From NCBI GenBank assembly GCA_977017575.1, contig CDRNVI010000009.1:434001-498000 (forward strand): a stretch of 64,000 bases of DNA. Direction: 5' to 3'. The position numbers and the translations under genes are program-made. Source of the DNA: Paramoeba atlantica. Its lineage: Eukaryota > Protista > Discosea. Below, in pieces: positions 30,928-39,999 of the stretch. Under the pieces are notes generated by a model, which was not told the DNA's origin, ran no database searches, and was given only the letters and a program-made list of their open reading frames with translations. How positions within the stretch are numbered: position 1 is the first letter of the stretch; every line of letters starts with the position of its first letter.

Positions 30928-32328
30928 ATGAGATCCCAACGTTTGCGGGCTCCTCAGGAGCCGAGCCAGGACCGTGATCGCTCTCCAAAGCGTGACCGGG
31001 CGCCAACACCGGTTGAAACCTCCTCTTTTGCCCGTTCGAAACGCCAGTCTCTTTCATGTCCTCCCGTGCGCCCCCCTCTCCCTCCTCTTCCCACGCAGCC
31101 GGCTCCGCAGGTATCCGCGCGACCTCCTCCTGTTCCCCCTACCCCTGGACCGGCGCGTCGCAAGGTACGCCCTTCAGGAAGAGCACTCAGCCCCGCCCGC
31201 GAACCGCCTAGCCCTCTCCCTTCCAACCTCCCCAGTTTGCCGGCGAGCTCCCTCCCTAGCCCGTATCCATTTCCGCTGGAGGCTCCGGAGCCCCATGTTC
31301 GACGTAGAGGAACCCTCAACCCTGACCAGGTTGAGGCTTCTCGCTCGCCGCGCCGTTACGAGGCCCTCGACCTTGACCACGTCGGGATGCCTCAGCGTTC
31401 ACGCTGTGATGCGCGTGGGATCATGACACAATCTAGCAAAGAAGAATTCATCACGAAAGTGATTGAGCTTCTGCGCAAAGACTATGAGGTCACCGTTGAA
31501 GCTGTATGGTCTCTTCCCCGGGATGGCCTACGGCAGACGGTTATAGGGTTGGTGCATATGACGCATCCAAAGGACCCTAACTCAACTGAGTTGTTCGCCG
31601 AGTGGGATGGGGACAAGAACACTGCCTACCGTTTTCCCCATCCCGAGATCAACTACCACTCTTTGGAACTGGCCCATGTTCGGGCGCAGATGCCGGGTGG
31701 GAAACCAGTTGAAGATCTGATCCCCACGTTTGAACGCGTCCGTATTACGGACCCGAAAGGCTTCTCCCCCTACGATCCGGTTACTTGGCAACCGTGGATC
31801 GACACGGATGATTTGTTCAAGCCACGTGAACTCATCCGTGAGCTGCGCGAAGCTCCGCAGCTTGGGGTACGCTTCAACCCGCCGCCGCAGCGTGAGCGCC
31901 TGTTCAAAATGTTAACTGAATGGGTGTACGCTGCGTGTAATACGGAGGGATGGCTAGAGAAGCACAACCTCGCCGTAGCCCTTCTCATCATCGAAGAGCT
32001 TCGCAACCATTATTGGGCTGCGGCGGGCGTTGCTGTCGAGCGTGTGCAACAGCGTTTGCACCGTGACGACGATCCTCAGGACCGTTACGGTCAGCTCGTT
32101 GTGGATGAGCAACTGAGGGGCCGAACCGCTACGCGTGCTCCCCGACGACGCAGCCAAGGACCTTTCTGTTTTGGCTGCCATCAGCCAGGCCACCTACGAT
32201 CGAACTGCCTCCAATCGTCCCAACAGCAGGGGGGGCAGTTCCGTACCCAGTGCACCCCGCAACAGGATTTTCGCGGCGGGGTGGTGGGCGGCGCCAACCG
32301 TTACGGCGCAACACGGGCTTTCCACTAG
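30928..32328 (+). CDS. gag: V1 Gag-like protein (copy 2)
   Basis: Matches copy 1; CCHC knuckle. Confidence 0.85.
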   Translation: MRSQRLRAPQEPSQDRDRSPKRDRAPTPVETSSFARSKRQSLSCPPVRPPLPPLPTQPAPQVSARPPPVPPTPGPARRKVRPSGRALSPAREPPSPLPSNLPSLPASSLPSPYPFPLEAPEPHVRRRGTLNPDQVEASRSPRRYEALDLDHVGMPQRSRCDARGIMTQSSKEEFITKVIELLRKDYEVTVEAVWSLPRDGLRQTVIGLVHMTHPKDPNSTELFAEWDGDKNTAYRFPHPEINYHSLELAHVRAQMPGGKPVEDLIPTFERVRITDPKGFSPYDPVTWQPWIDTDDLFKPRELIRELREAPQLGVRFNPPPQRERLFKMLTEWVYAACNTEGWLEKHNLAVALLIIEELRNHYWAAAGVAVERVQQRLHRDDDPQDRYGQLVVDEQLRGRTATRAPRRRSQGPFCFGCHQPGHLRSNCLQSSQQQGGQFRTQCTPQQDFRGGVVGGANRYGATRAFH

Positions 32329-35189
32329 GAAATGCCCCCCACCCCAATCACTGCTCGTGCCCGTCGTCCCAGGCGACGACGGGTGGATTTTCATACACCT
32401 GTTCCCTCTCCGTCCCTCCGCCAGCGCGAAAGACGGCCACGCGTGCGTGGCAATACTCCTCCTCCACGCCCTCTCTCCCCGTTACGGCTACGACGTCGCA
32501 GCGTCTCTCTTCCGGCACTTCCTCTCCCCCGGCTCACCGTTCCTCCCAAACCCGCCGCCGCCAAACCCGCCGCCGTCGTAACCGCCGACGCCGCACAGCC
32601 GCCAGGAAAACACCGCAAGCAGCTGCTCGAGGCCATTCTGAGGATGCCCGCCGACGATCCTCGCGCCACCCAGTTGGGCGAGGCGCTCCAGCCCATGTGG
32701 GCAACGGCCACGTGCGCCACAAGGGAGCGACTGTGGTTCCGCCTGCGCGAGTATTGCCAGGCGAAGGGAATCACCGCGAATCCTGCAAACGCGGTGCTCT
32801 TCCTGGAGACTCTGCCTCTCGCTACCTCGACGCGCATGGGGTACGCAGGGGCATTGAGGACTCTGTTCGAGCTCATGGGAATCGAAGGTACCCCATTGAG
32901 TCTCTACGTAAAGGCCCTGCAAGCGCAGGGGGGGCTAGAACCCACGCGGCAGATGCTACCAATCACGCCACTTCTTCTAAAGAAGCTGAGACGTCATCTC
33001 GACGTAAAGGAGAGCATGTGTTGCCTCCTGTGTTGGAAAGCCGCTGCGAGATGGACCGAGACCGCCGACCTGAGGCGGGAGCAGTTCGTGAGTGTGGCCA
33101 GTCACGAGGTAATCATTTATTGGGGCAGGGGGACCAAGACAACCCGTCTGAATCCTTACCGGCCGTACCTCTACGCGATAGTGACTGGCCCGGGGACACC
33201 CGAACTGGCTCAGTTTGTGGGAAGTTTGAGACCAGGCCAGCGCCTGTGTTACACGACGGTCCGGGAGATGGACCACAGGATGAATCAACTTCTCGGTCCC
33301 GGGTATGGAACACATTCCATAAAAAGAGGTGCAATTACTTACCTATTCCACGAGATCTCCCTCGGGAATCTCAGGATGGAGGACGTCCAGAACCTCACGA
33401 AACACCTCAACGTCGAATCACTGTTGCGCTACAACGCAAGCAGTATTACAACGGCAAGGGCTCTCGGGACGCAGAGAGTCTCAGCACTTCTCCCAGTGCT
33501 GTAACCTCGGAGCACGTGGCAAAGTGCTTCGAGGAAGTGCCTTACCTTCGCAGGCACTCCGTTGTTTGTGCACGCCGCTCTTCACGGCTAGCCAAGGCAC
33601 ACGACGCTCACCTACCTTTGCACGTTAAGAAGTCGATACCTGTTATCCATTTGGATCAGGTTAAGGAGTGGATGAGTATGTCAGCTGCCACTCGTTTTCG
33701 CAAGGTAGTGGATGAATTATTATGGGTACCTAAAGCCCCGTACCCCGAACCTAGTGTGAAAGGTTCATTGCCTGAGGCGGACGTCCGATTGTTGGAGGAC
33801 GCAGGCATAATCTCCAAGGTCCCGGCGCAGGAGTTGAGAAAGCGCCCATCGATGCAGTTCATGATTCCCTTCACGGTTGTGGAGACCGATGATGAGGGCA
33901 ATCAGCGCAGAAGATTTATTTCATGGACAAGGGACGATAACGATAGATTAAAATCATATGAACCAAAGGTCCCATTATATCATCCCTCCAAGTATCTTCA
34001 TAAGGCGCACGAGCCGATGGCTGTGAAGCGGGACTTCACATGCGGGTTTTACCAGATTGGTATCCCGAAGAGGGCGCGGCCCAAATTCCGCCTTAGAACG
34101 AACAGTGGAGACGTGTATGAGATGAACGTCCTCCCGATGGGCCATAGGTGTGCACCGGAGGTTATGCACACGGTTACCGCCGCGATTGCTGGCGAGGCGT
34201 CGATTTGTTCTCAGCGCTACTCGTTTCACCGAGGCGCTATCGACGTTTATGTTGACGGAGTTCGGTTTGCAGGAACCGACTCCGAGGCCACCACGTACGC
34301 TCAATTCATTGACGAGCGTTGCGACAAAGCGAACGGTCTTTTCAAAGATCGGGGTCAGCCCCCTGTAGCACAGTACGTGTTCAATGGGGTGGCGTTCGAC
34401 CATAACGCGCATACGGTCTGCCTGGGGCCGCGAGTGATCAGGAAACTGCGAGCCGACTCTTTCTTCAACATTTCCTTTGTTGACCTAGAGGCGGTGGTGG
34501 GGCGCCTCATTTATGGCTCCGCAGTTCTCCGACTCAATATGCCGCGATTTTATTTCGCTTTGAAGGTGGCGCAACGGCGTATCAACGTGTTGAACCGTTG
34601 CCCGAAGTTATGTGACCGTCCGGTCGCACTCCCTGTCGTCACTCGCTCCATGCTAGCAGAGTGGAGAAACGAGTTGTTGGAGAATGTTCCACGGTCTCCA
34701 CCTCCCCATCCCGATGTTGTTCCACACAAGCATCGTCTCTACACCGATGCCTCGGTGAAAGGGTGGGGAGCGATTATGTATTTAGACAGCGGAGAGGTTT
34801 TGATTACGGGAGAGGCGTGGCCTGAGTCATCCTCGTATGAGGTGAATCGTGCGGAAGCTGCAGCAGTCCGCTTAGCCCTCGAGAAGTTTTCCGCGCATTG
34901 CCCCCGTGGAACCTGCTTGGATATTTTTGTTGACAACACCTCCTGTCAAGCTGCACTGAACAGGAGGATCTCCAAGTCAAAGGGGGTTTCAATGGAATTG
35001 CGCGAAGTCCTGCGACTGACAGAGGAGAAAGGTATTTGTGTCAAGGCAGCGTATATATCCACGGATGAGAACCCGGCGGATGCTGTCAGTCGCGGGAAGG
35101 AGATTGAGATGGAGAAGGTCGAGAGATACGAAGGTAAGATCGAGAGAGACATTAGTAAGGTAGGCAGTCATATTCAGAGAAAGCCCTAA
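32250..35189 (+). CDS. pol: V1 RT/RNase H frame (979 codons open), overlapping all of YR
   Basis: KRDFTCGFYQI, LPMGHRCAP, VYVDG; LYTDASVKGWG, NRAEAAAV, FVDNTS, ENPADAVSR. Confidence 0.92.
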   Translation: MHPATGFSRRGGGRRQPLRRNTGFPLGNAPHPNHCSCPSSQATTGGFSYTCSLSVPPPARKTATRAWQYSSSTPSLPVTATTSQRLSSGTSSPPAHRSSQTRRRQTRRRRNRRRRTAARKTPQAAARGHSEDARRRSSRHPVGRGAPAHVGNGHVRHKGATVVPPARVLPGEGNHRESCKRGALPGDSASRYLDAHGVRRGIEDSVRAHGNRRYPIESLRKGPASAGGARTHAADATNHATSSKEAETSSRRKGEHVLPPVLESRCEMDRDRRPEAGAVRECGQSRGNHLLGQGDQDNPSESLPAVPLRDSDWPGDTRTGSVCGKFETRPAPVLHDGPGDGPQDESTSRSRVWNTFHKKRCNYLPIPRDLPRESQDGGRPEPHETPQRRITVALQRKQYYNGKGSRDAESLSTSPSAVTSEHVAKCFEEVPYLRRHSVVCARRSSRLAKAHDAHLPLHVKKSIPVIHLDQVKEWMSMSAATRFRKVVDELLWVPKAPYPEPSVKGSLPEADVRLLEDAGIISKVPAQELRKRPSMQFMIPFTVVETDDEGNQRRRFISWTRDDNDRLKSYEPKVPLYHPSKYLHKAHEPMAVKRDFTCGFYQIGIPKRARPKFRLRTNSGDVYEMNVLPMGHRCAPEVMHTVTAAIAGEASICSQRYSFHRGAIDVYVDGVRFAGTDSEATTYAQFIDERCDKANGLFKDRGQPPVAQYVFNGVAFDHNAHTVCLGPRVIRKLRADSFFNISFVDLEAVVGRLIYGSAVLRLNMPRFYFALKVAQRRINVLNRCPKLCDRPVALPVVTRSMLAEWRNELLENVPRSPPPHPDVVPHKHRLYTDASVKGWGAIMYLDSGEVLITGEAWPESSSYEVNRAEAAAVRLALEKFSAHCPRGTCLDIFVDNTSCQAALNRRISKSKGVSMELREVLRLTEEKGICVKAAYISTDENPADAVSRGKEIEMEKVERYEGKIERDISKVGSHIQRKP
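32332..33504 (+). CDS. V1 tyrosine recombinase (copy 2)
   Basis: Catalytic residues as in copy 1. Confidence 0.9.
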   Translation: MPPTPITARARRPRRRRVDFHTPVPSPSLRQRERRPRVRGNTPPPRPLSPLRLRRRSVSLPALPLPRLTVPPKPAAAKPAAVVTADAAQPPGKHRKQLLEAILRMPADDPRATQLGEALQPMWATATCATRERLWFRLREYCQAKGITANPANAVLFLETLPLATSTRMGYAGALRTLFELMGIEGTPLSLYVKALQAQGGLEPTRQMLPITPLLLKKLRRHLDVKESMCCLLCWKAAARWTETADLRREQFVSVASHEVIIYWGRGTKTTRLNPYRPYLYAIVTGPGTPELAQFVGSLRPGQRLCYTTVREMDHRMNQLLGPGYGTHSIKRGAITYLFHEISLGNLRMEDVQNLTKHLNVESLLRYNASSITTARALGTQRVSALLPVL

Positions 35190-35389
35190 GGGACAGGATC
35201 ACCAAATACAAAAAACAAAGACAAAAAAAAAAAAAAAAAAAGCGGACGGGGTCCTGGGGTTTGGAGGTTGTCCCTATAATTTTGGAAGGTTATGGATGTT
35301 AATCGGTTAACAGCTCTTTATTCTCACGCCTTGTTTTTTCGGAAGCAGGGTTCGGAAGCAAAAGTCCGTGTCCGATTACCACGCCTTCT

Positions 35390-37741
35390 TTGGATATTAA
35401 ACCGATCACCGCAACCGAAGAGGACATCATTACGGCGCTTTCCAGCTTTCACCGAGGTTCCTCAGGGGGAGCTCTCGGACTTCGGCCTGAGCACCTACAA
35501 GTAGCAGTGCAATTCCATCACGACGCCAGGACAGATCCGCTCGGTACGCTCACGAAACTTATTAGTCATATGCTAGCGGGCAAAGTACCACTTGAAGTCC
35601 AACACTGCTTCGCCGGCGGACGCTTATGTGCTTTACACAAGGGTCAGGGTGATGTCCGCCCCATTGCCGCAGGGGAAACCTTCCGCCGACTAGCGAGCAA
35701 GATAGGATGTCTGTCTGCAAAGGCTAAATCCAGAACGCTCTTCAAAGATCAACAATACGGAGTGGCGACGCCCGCAGGAGCCGAGCGTGTTATCCACATT
35801 TGCAGGCGCCTGGTTGCGCACCACATCAATAACGAGGATTTTGTGCTATGCAAGGTTGACCTTCGCAACGCTTTCAATCACATTTCAAGAAATAGCTTTA
35901 TGGCCTTGACACGGCATCATTTCCCTGAGTTGAGCCCGTTCGTGGAATGGTGCTACAGTTCGGACAGTAACCTGACATTCGGCGCACGTGTAGTTCAATC
36001 CTCTGAAGGCGTACAACAAGGAGACCCGCTCGGACCCCTTTTGTTCTCGCTCGTCATGAGAGAAATGGCCGCAGAAATTAAGGCCGGAGCTCCTGATCTT
36101 CATCTCAATCTCTGGTACCTTGATGATGGCGTCCTTGCAGGCCAGGCTTCTGATGTACGTCACGCACTAGATATCATCGAAATTGGAGGGCCAAAGTGGG
36201 GTCTGAACCTCAATCCGTCCAAGTGCGAAATAATCACACACCCTTCCTCATCTCATCAAACTACCCACTTTCCTGACATTCCCGGGCTCAACATCAACAT
36301 GGAAGGTAATCTGAGCATCTTGGGAAGCCCCATCGGATCTACGACGTACAGCCGTCAGTTCCTCCTCGACAGCGCGATTTCCCAGGCGGAGGAATCCCTT
36401 GAAGCGATCGAGAAACTGGAGGACCCTCAGGTCGCTTTCTCTCTCATCCGACAGTGCACAGGGTTTTGCCAGATGGTTTACTCCCTTCGCACGACGCCGA
36501 CGGACGAACTACTGGACTTATGTCGCAGACTCGACAACGCCGTTCAGCGTACGGTTGAAACGTTTTGTCGCCCACTGAGTGACATGGCTCGACGACAAGC
36601 ACAAAGAAATAAACAGTTCGGCGGTCTCGGCCTTCGCTCAGCGGAAATGCATGCCACCTCAGCGTACGTAGCTTCAGTAGCTTTCGCTTCCGACAAGGAT
36701 CGATGGGATGCAAATGAGGCTGAGGGCTTTTCTTACGCCGTGGAGGACATTAACCGGCGTGTAGGGGGGTGTATGGTGGACAAATCTACCGGGAAAATCC
36801 ACAAGGACTCCGTCATAAAGAGATGCCCCTTCTCGCCCTCCCCTGATATTGACCTTTCTCAAGATTTGGCGATTCCTCGACAACGCGATCTCAGTCATGC
36901 GATTTCAGCGAGAGACTTTGAGGAAGATTACGCAAGAGCGGATCCCCGCACTCGGGCTAGGTGGCTCTCACAAACGGGCGACGGGGCATCCAACTGGGCC
37001 TTCACGGTTCCCTCGACTCTCTGCGGTCATGCCTACACCCCTACTGAATTTCGGACTCTGATTCGTTGGTGGCTCGGGGAGAGTATATACCCTCAAGGTC
37101 ACAACTGCCCGATTCCGAATTGTCGCCTCCCACTCGGCCCTGGGGGGGACCATGCGCTAGCCTGCAAGTGCGGCCACGGAATCATTACAAGGCACAACGC
37201 CCTAGCGGAACAGTTCTCCGCTGAATGCAGCAAGGCCGGGTTGAGCCCACAGAGAGAAGTCTCTCTGGGAAACAGGGGTCCGGGCGGCGCCCTCACGCGA
37301 CCCGCAGATGTCTATGTCCGGAACGGTGGTCTCGGTCAGGCCCTCGTCCTTGATTTCGCTGTCACACATGTTCAGCAACAAAAGTATACGGACCTGGTCC
37401 GTGATGCTAACATGGTGGCAGCCGGGTCATTCGCCGAGAGGTACGCCGTCGAACACAAGCGGAAGCAACGGGAGGAAGCTGAAGAAACGAAGACCAAGTT
37501 CACAGCTATGGCTGTCGAAACATACGGATGCTGGAGTCCGGCCGCTATGTCGGTCTTGCGGGAAGTCTCGAAAGGCCAAGCTGCGACCTCAGGTGGAACA
37601 CTTTCGCAAGGGGGGGCGTTACAGCAAATACTAACAAGTCTGAACGTCACCCTCATGCGCTCCCAGGCGCGTATGCTCGTTCTTCGCCTCCCCTCGGCGA
37701 ACACAGGCCCTGCACTTGTGGGGTATGGCAAAGAAGAGTAA
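35390..37741 (+). CDS. CRE-B RT + RLE (copy 2)
   Basis: Same protein as 24840-27191. Confidence 0.92.
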   Translation: MDIKPITATEEDIITALSSFHRGSSGGALGLRPEHLQVAVQFHHDARTDPLGTLTKLISHMLAGKVPLEVQHCFAGGRLCALHKGQGDVRPIAAGETFRRLASKIGCLSAKAKSRTLFKDQQYGVATPAGAERVIHICRRLVAHHINNEDFVLCKVDLRNAFNHISRNSFMALTRHHFPELSPFVEWCYSSDSNLTFGARVVQSSEGVQQGDPLGPLLFSLVMREMAAEIKAGAPDLHLNLWYLDDGVLAGQASDVRHALDIIEIGGPKWGLNLNPSKCEIITHPSSSHQTTHFPDIPGLNINMEGNLSILGSPIGSTTYSRQFLLDSAISQAEESLEAIEKLEDPQVAFSLIRQCTGFCQMVYSLRTTPTDELLDLCRRLDNAVQRTVETFCRPLSDMARRQAQRNKQFGGLGLRSAEMHATSAYVASVAFASDKDRWDANEAEGFSYAVEDINRRVGGCMVDKSTGKIHKDSVIKRCPFSPSPDIDLSQDLAIPRQRDLSHAISARDFEEDYARADPRTRARWLSQTGDGASNWAFTVPSTLCGHAYTPTEFRTLIRWWLGESIYPQGHNCPIPNCRLPLGPGGDHALACKCGHGIITRHNALAEQFSAECSKAGLSPQREVSLGNRGPGGALTRPADVYVRNGGLGQALVLDFAVTHVQQQKYTDLVRDANMVAAGSFAERYAVEHKRKQREEAEETKTKFTAMAVETYGCWSPAAMSVLREVSKGQAATSGGTLSQGGALQQILTSLNVTLMRSQARMLVLRLPSANTGPALVGYGKEE

Positions 37742-38609
37742 GGAAAACTTCTGGCCTGGATGTTGGTCGAGTCGACAGAGTCTATGCTCACGCCTAGCCC
37801 GCGAGGGCTAGGTACCCCAAGTGAGGTAGTACACGGGTAGTGAATCTCCTCCCCGTCGGCCAGCATCCTGTTTCGTGACCGTGTCGCTGTCGACACAGGC
37901 CCGCTCCTGCGCCCTCCTGTATAACAAGGGAAGGGTTCACAAGTCAGGCCGTGGAGAGGTCGAAAGACCCGGTCCGGAACGCGCGAATGGATTGGGCATA
38001 GATTTCTTGTTTTTATTGTTATTGTTTTTATTGTTCTTATACTTACGGGAGATCGAATTGCTAGTTTTGGGCTCCAAAAAAAAAAAACAAGACAAGAAAA
38101 AAAGAAAAAGAACAAAGACAAGAAAAAAAAGAAAAAAAAACAAAGACAAAAAAAAAAAAAATAAAAAAGCGGACGGGGTCCTGGGGTTTGGAGGTTGTCC
38201 CTATAATTTTGGAAGGTTATGGATGTTAATCGGTTAACAGCTCTTTATTCTCACGCCTTGTTTTTTCGGAAGCAAGGTTCCCCAATGTGAGGTAGAGATG
38301 AGTAAAGGTTTCCTTTGCTCTGCGGTTAGCGCCTTAATGTTTTTTAGCCGCGTCACTGTTGACACGGCCCTACGCATCACGCCTAGTTGCTCCACACTTC
38401 TAGGTACACAAGTTGGTCTAGGGCAGAGGTTAAAAGCGTAACCTGCGTAGCTCGTGTGAGCTTGTAAAGGGCGTGGCAGTGGACTGGTCATCTATTGCTA
38501 TCGTTATCCTTTTGTGAGTTCTGGGATGGTATATGAAAAATTATTTTACTATGTGATTGGGCATTTCTTTGGTTATTTATATTGATTGTGTGCCGTGTGT
38601 GTGGGCAGG

Positions 38610-39280
38610 TTGGCCGAGGGTTCCGGTGGGGGGGAATCCCGTTAACAACGTGACACATTATTATTGGTTTTATGCAGGCTTTCTTTTGAACTATGTTTGT
38701 GCATGTGAATTCTATCTATATATCGTATTATGTGTTCTTTGATTTTGGGACGATTTGGAAGTGTGATTATATTAGTCATAGGTATTTACTTATATTTGTT
38801 TGTTACTTGTAAGTTTCATGGAGCCCCCTCGGCGTGGATTTCTAATAGTCCACGTTTTGAAATTTAGCCGAGGGGCTGTTATGTATTTGCCTGCTGGCCC
38901 TTCGGGGCACATAGTTTCTTCGAATTATGATTTGTATTCAGAATTTTACATGGGATGGGTATTTACTATTATCTTATATATCCTTGTTAGGTTGTTATTT
39001 TACTTTGCTTTAAGTTTTTGTGCCCACCCACCAAGCCCCCAGCCATTTGGCCGAGGGTTCCGGTGGGGGGGAATCCCGTTAACAACGTGACACATTATTA
39101 TTGGTTTTATGCAGGCTTTCTTTTGAACTATGTTTGTGCATGTGAATTCTATCTATATATCGTATTATTATGTTCTTTGATTTTTGGACGATTTGGAAGT
39201 GTGATTATATTAGTCATAGGTATTTACTTATATTTGTTTGTTACTTGTAAGTTTCATGGAGCCCCCTCGGCGTGGATTTC
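38610..39280 (+). repeat. V1 copy 2 right-end B1-A2-B2 repeats
   Basis: Intact junction at 38842/38843; element end at 39280; period 438. Confidence 0.92.
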
Positions 39281-39902
39281 TATGGATGAAGTCGAAAGGA
39301 ACATTCCGCCATCCCCGACAGCCCTCCCGCCGACTAATCATTTGCAACCACTCCCTCCGACGCCGCCATCTTACTCGCAACCGCAAAATAGCACCACGAC
39401 GGCAGAATCACCCTTGCAAACAAACGAAAAGCAGGCCTCGCAGATCAAAGTACGTCGAAGCTTTCATGAACTGATGAAAAAATTTGAAGCAGAAAAAAAA
39501 GAGAATCAAGCGAAATTGGAAGCTGAGAAAAAAGAACAACAGGCTGCGCGTTTGAAAGTCTACGCGACGACAGCAAAAAATTCCTATACTCTGCTGAACT
39601 CTGCCACGTCTTACATTGGGGCGGCAGCGAAGGCCCTCCTCGCATCGTCAACCGGAAGAATCAGGAGCCCTTCACCCATCGGTGATCCGAACCAAATCGA
39701 CGACCGGAACCAAATAAGTGTTCGGATCTCCAAAAGCCGAATAGTCGAGAGTGAAATTCCCTGCGATACACAAGTGAAGGCAAATTCGCAAAAGATGAAC
39801 CACGACGATGCATCTGAAGTCGCACCATCCAAAGTTAGAGCACAAGAAGCAAAGGAACGCGGAGCGATGCCGAAAACTCCGAAAGCATCCGAGACGACAG
39901 AA
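39281..39902 (+). pseudogene. X ORF segment between V1 copy 2 and the HERO-like element
   Basis: Joins 30678 and 45475 in frame. Confidence 0.8.
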
Positions 39903-39999
39903 TTTTTTTTTTTTTATTTATATCTATACAGGGCATTACCTGTAGAGTAATAAAGTCTAACAGGACGTACGCATATGACGTCGCCTGCTAGACCATTTG

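Larger units (their letters stand above)
30679..39280 (+). mobile_element. VIPER-like V1 copy 2 with the same CRE-B passenger (35348-38087)
   Basis: Near-identical to 20120-28729 with the same termini but different flanks; shared ta at the crossover. Confidence 0.92.

Noticed and set aside
20120-39280. 10.55-kb segmental duplication
   Set aside because: Identity ends exactly at element termini with different, rejoinable flanks; better explained as two integrations.
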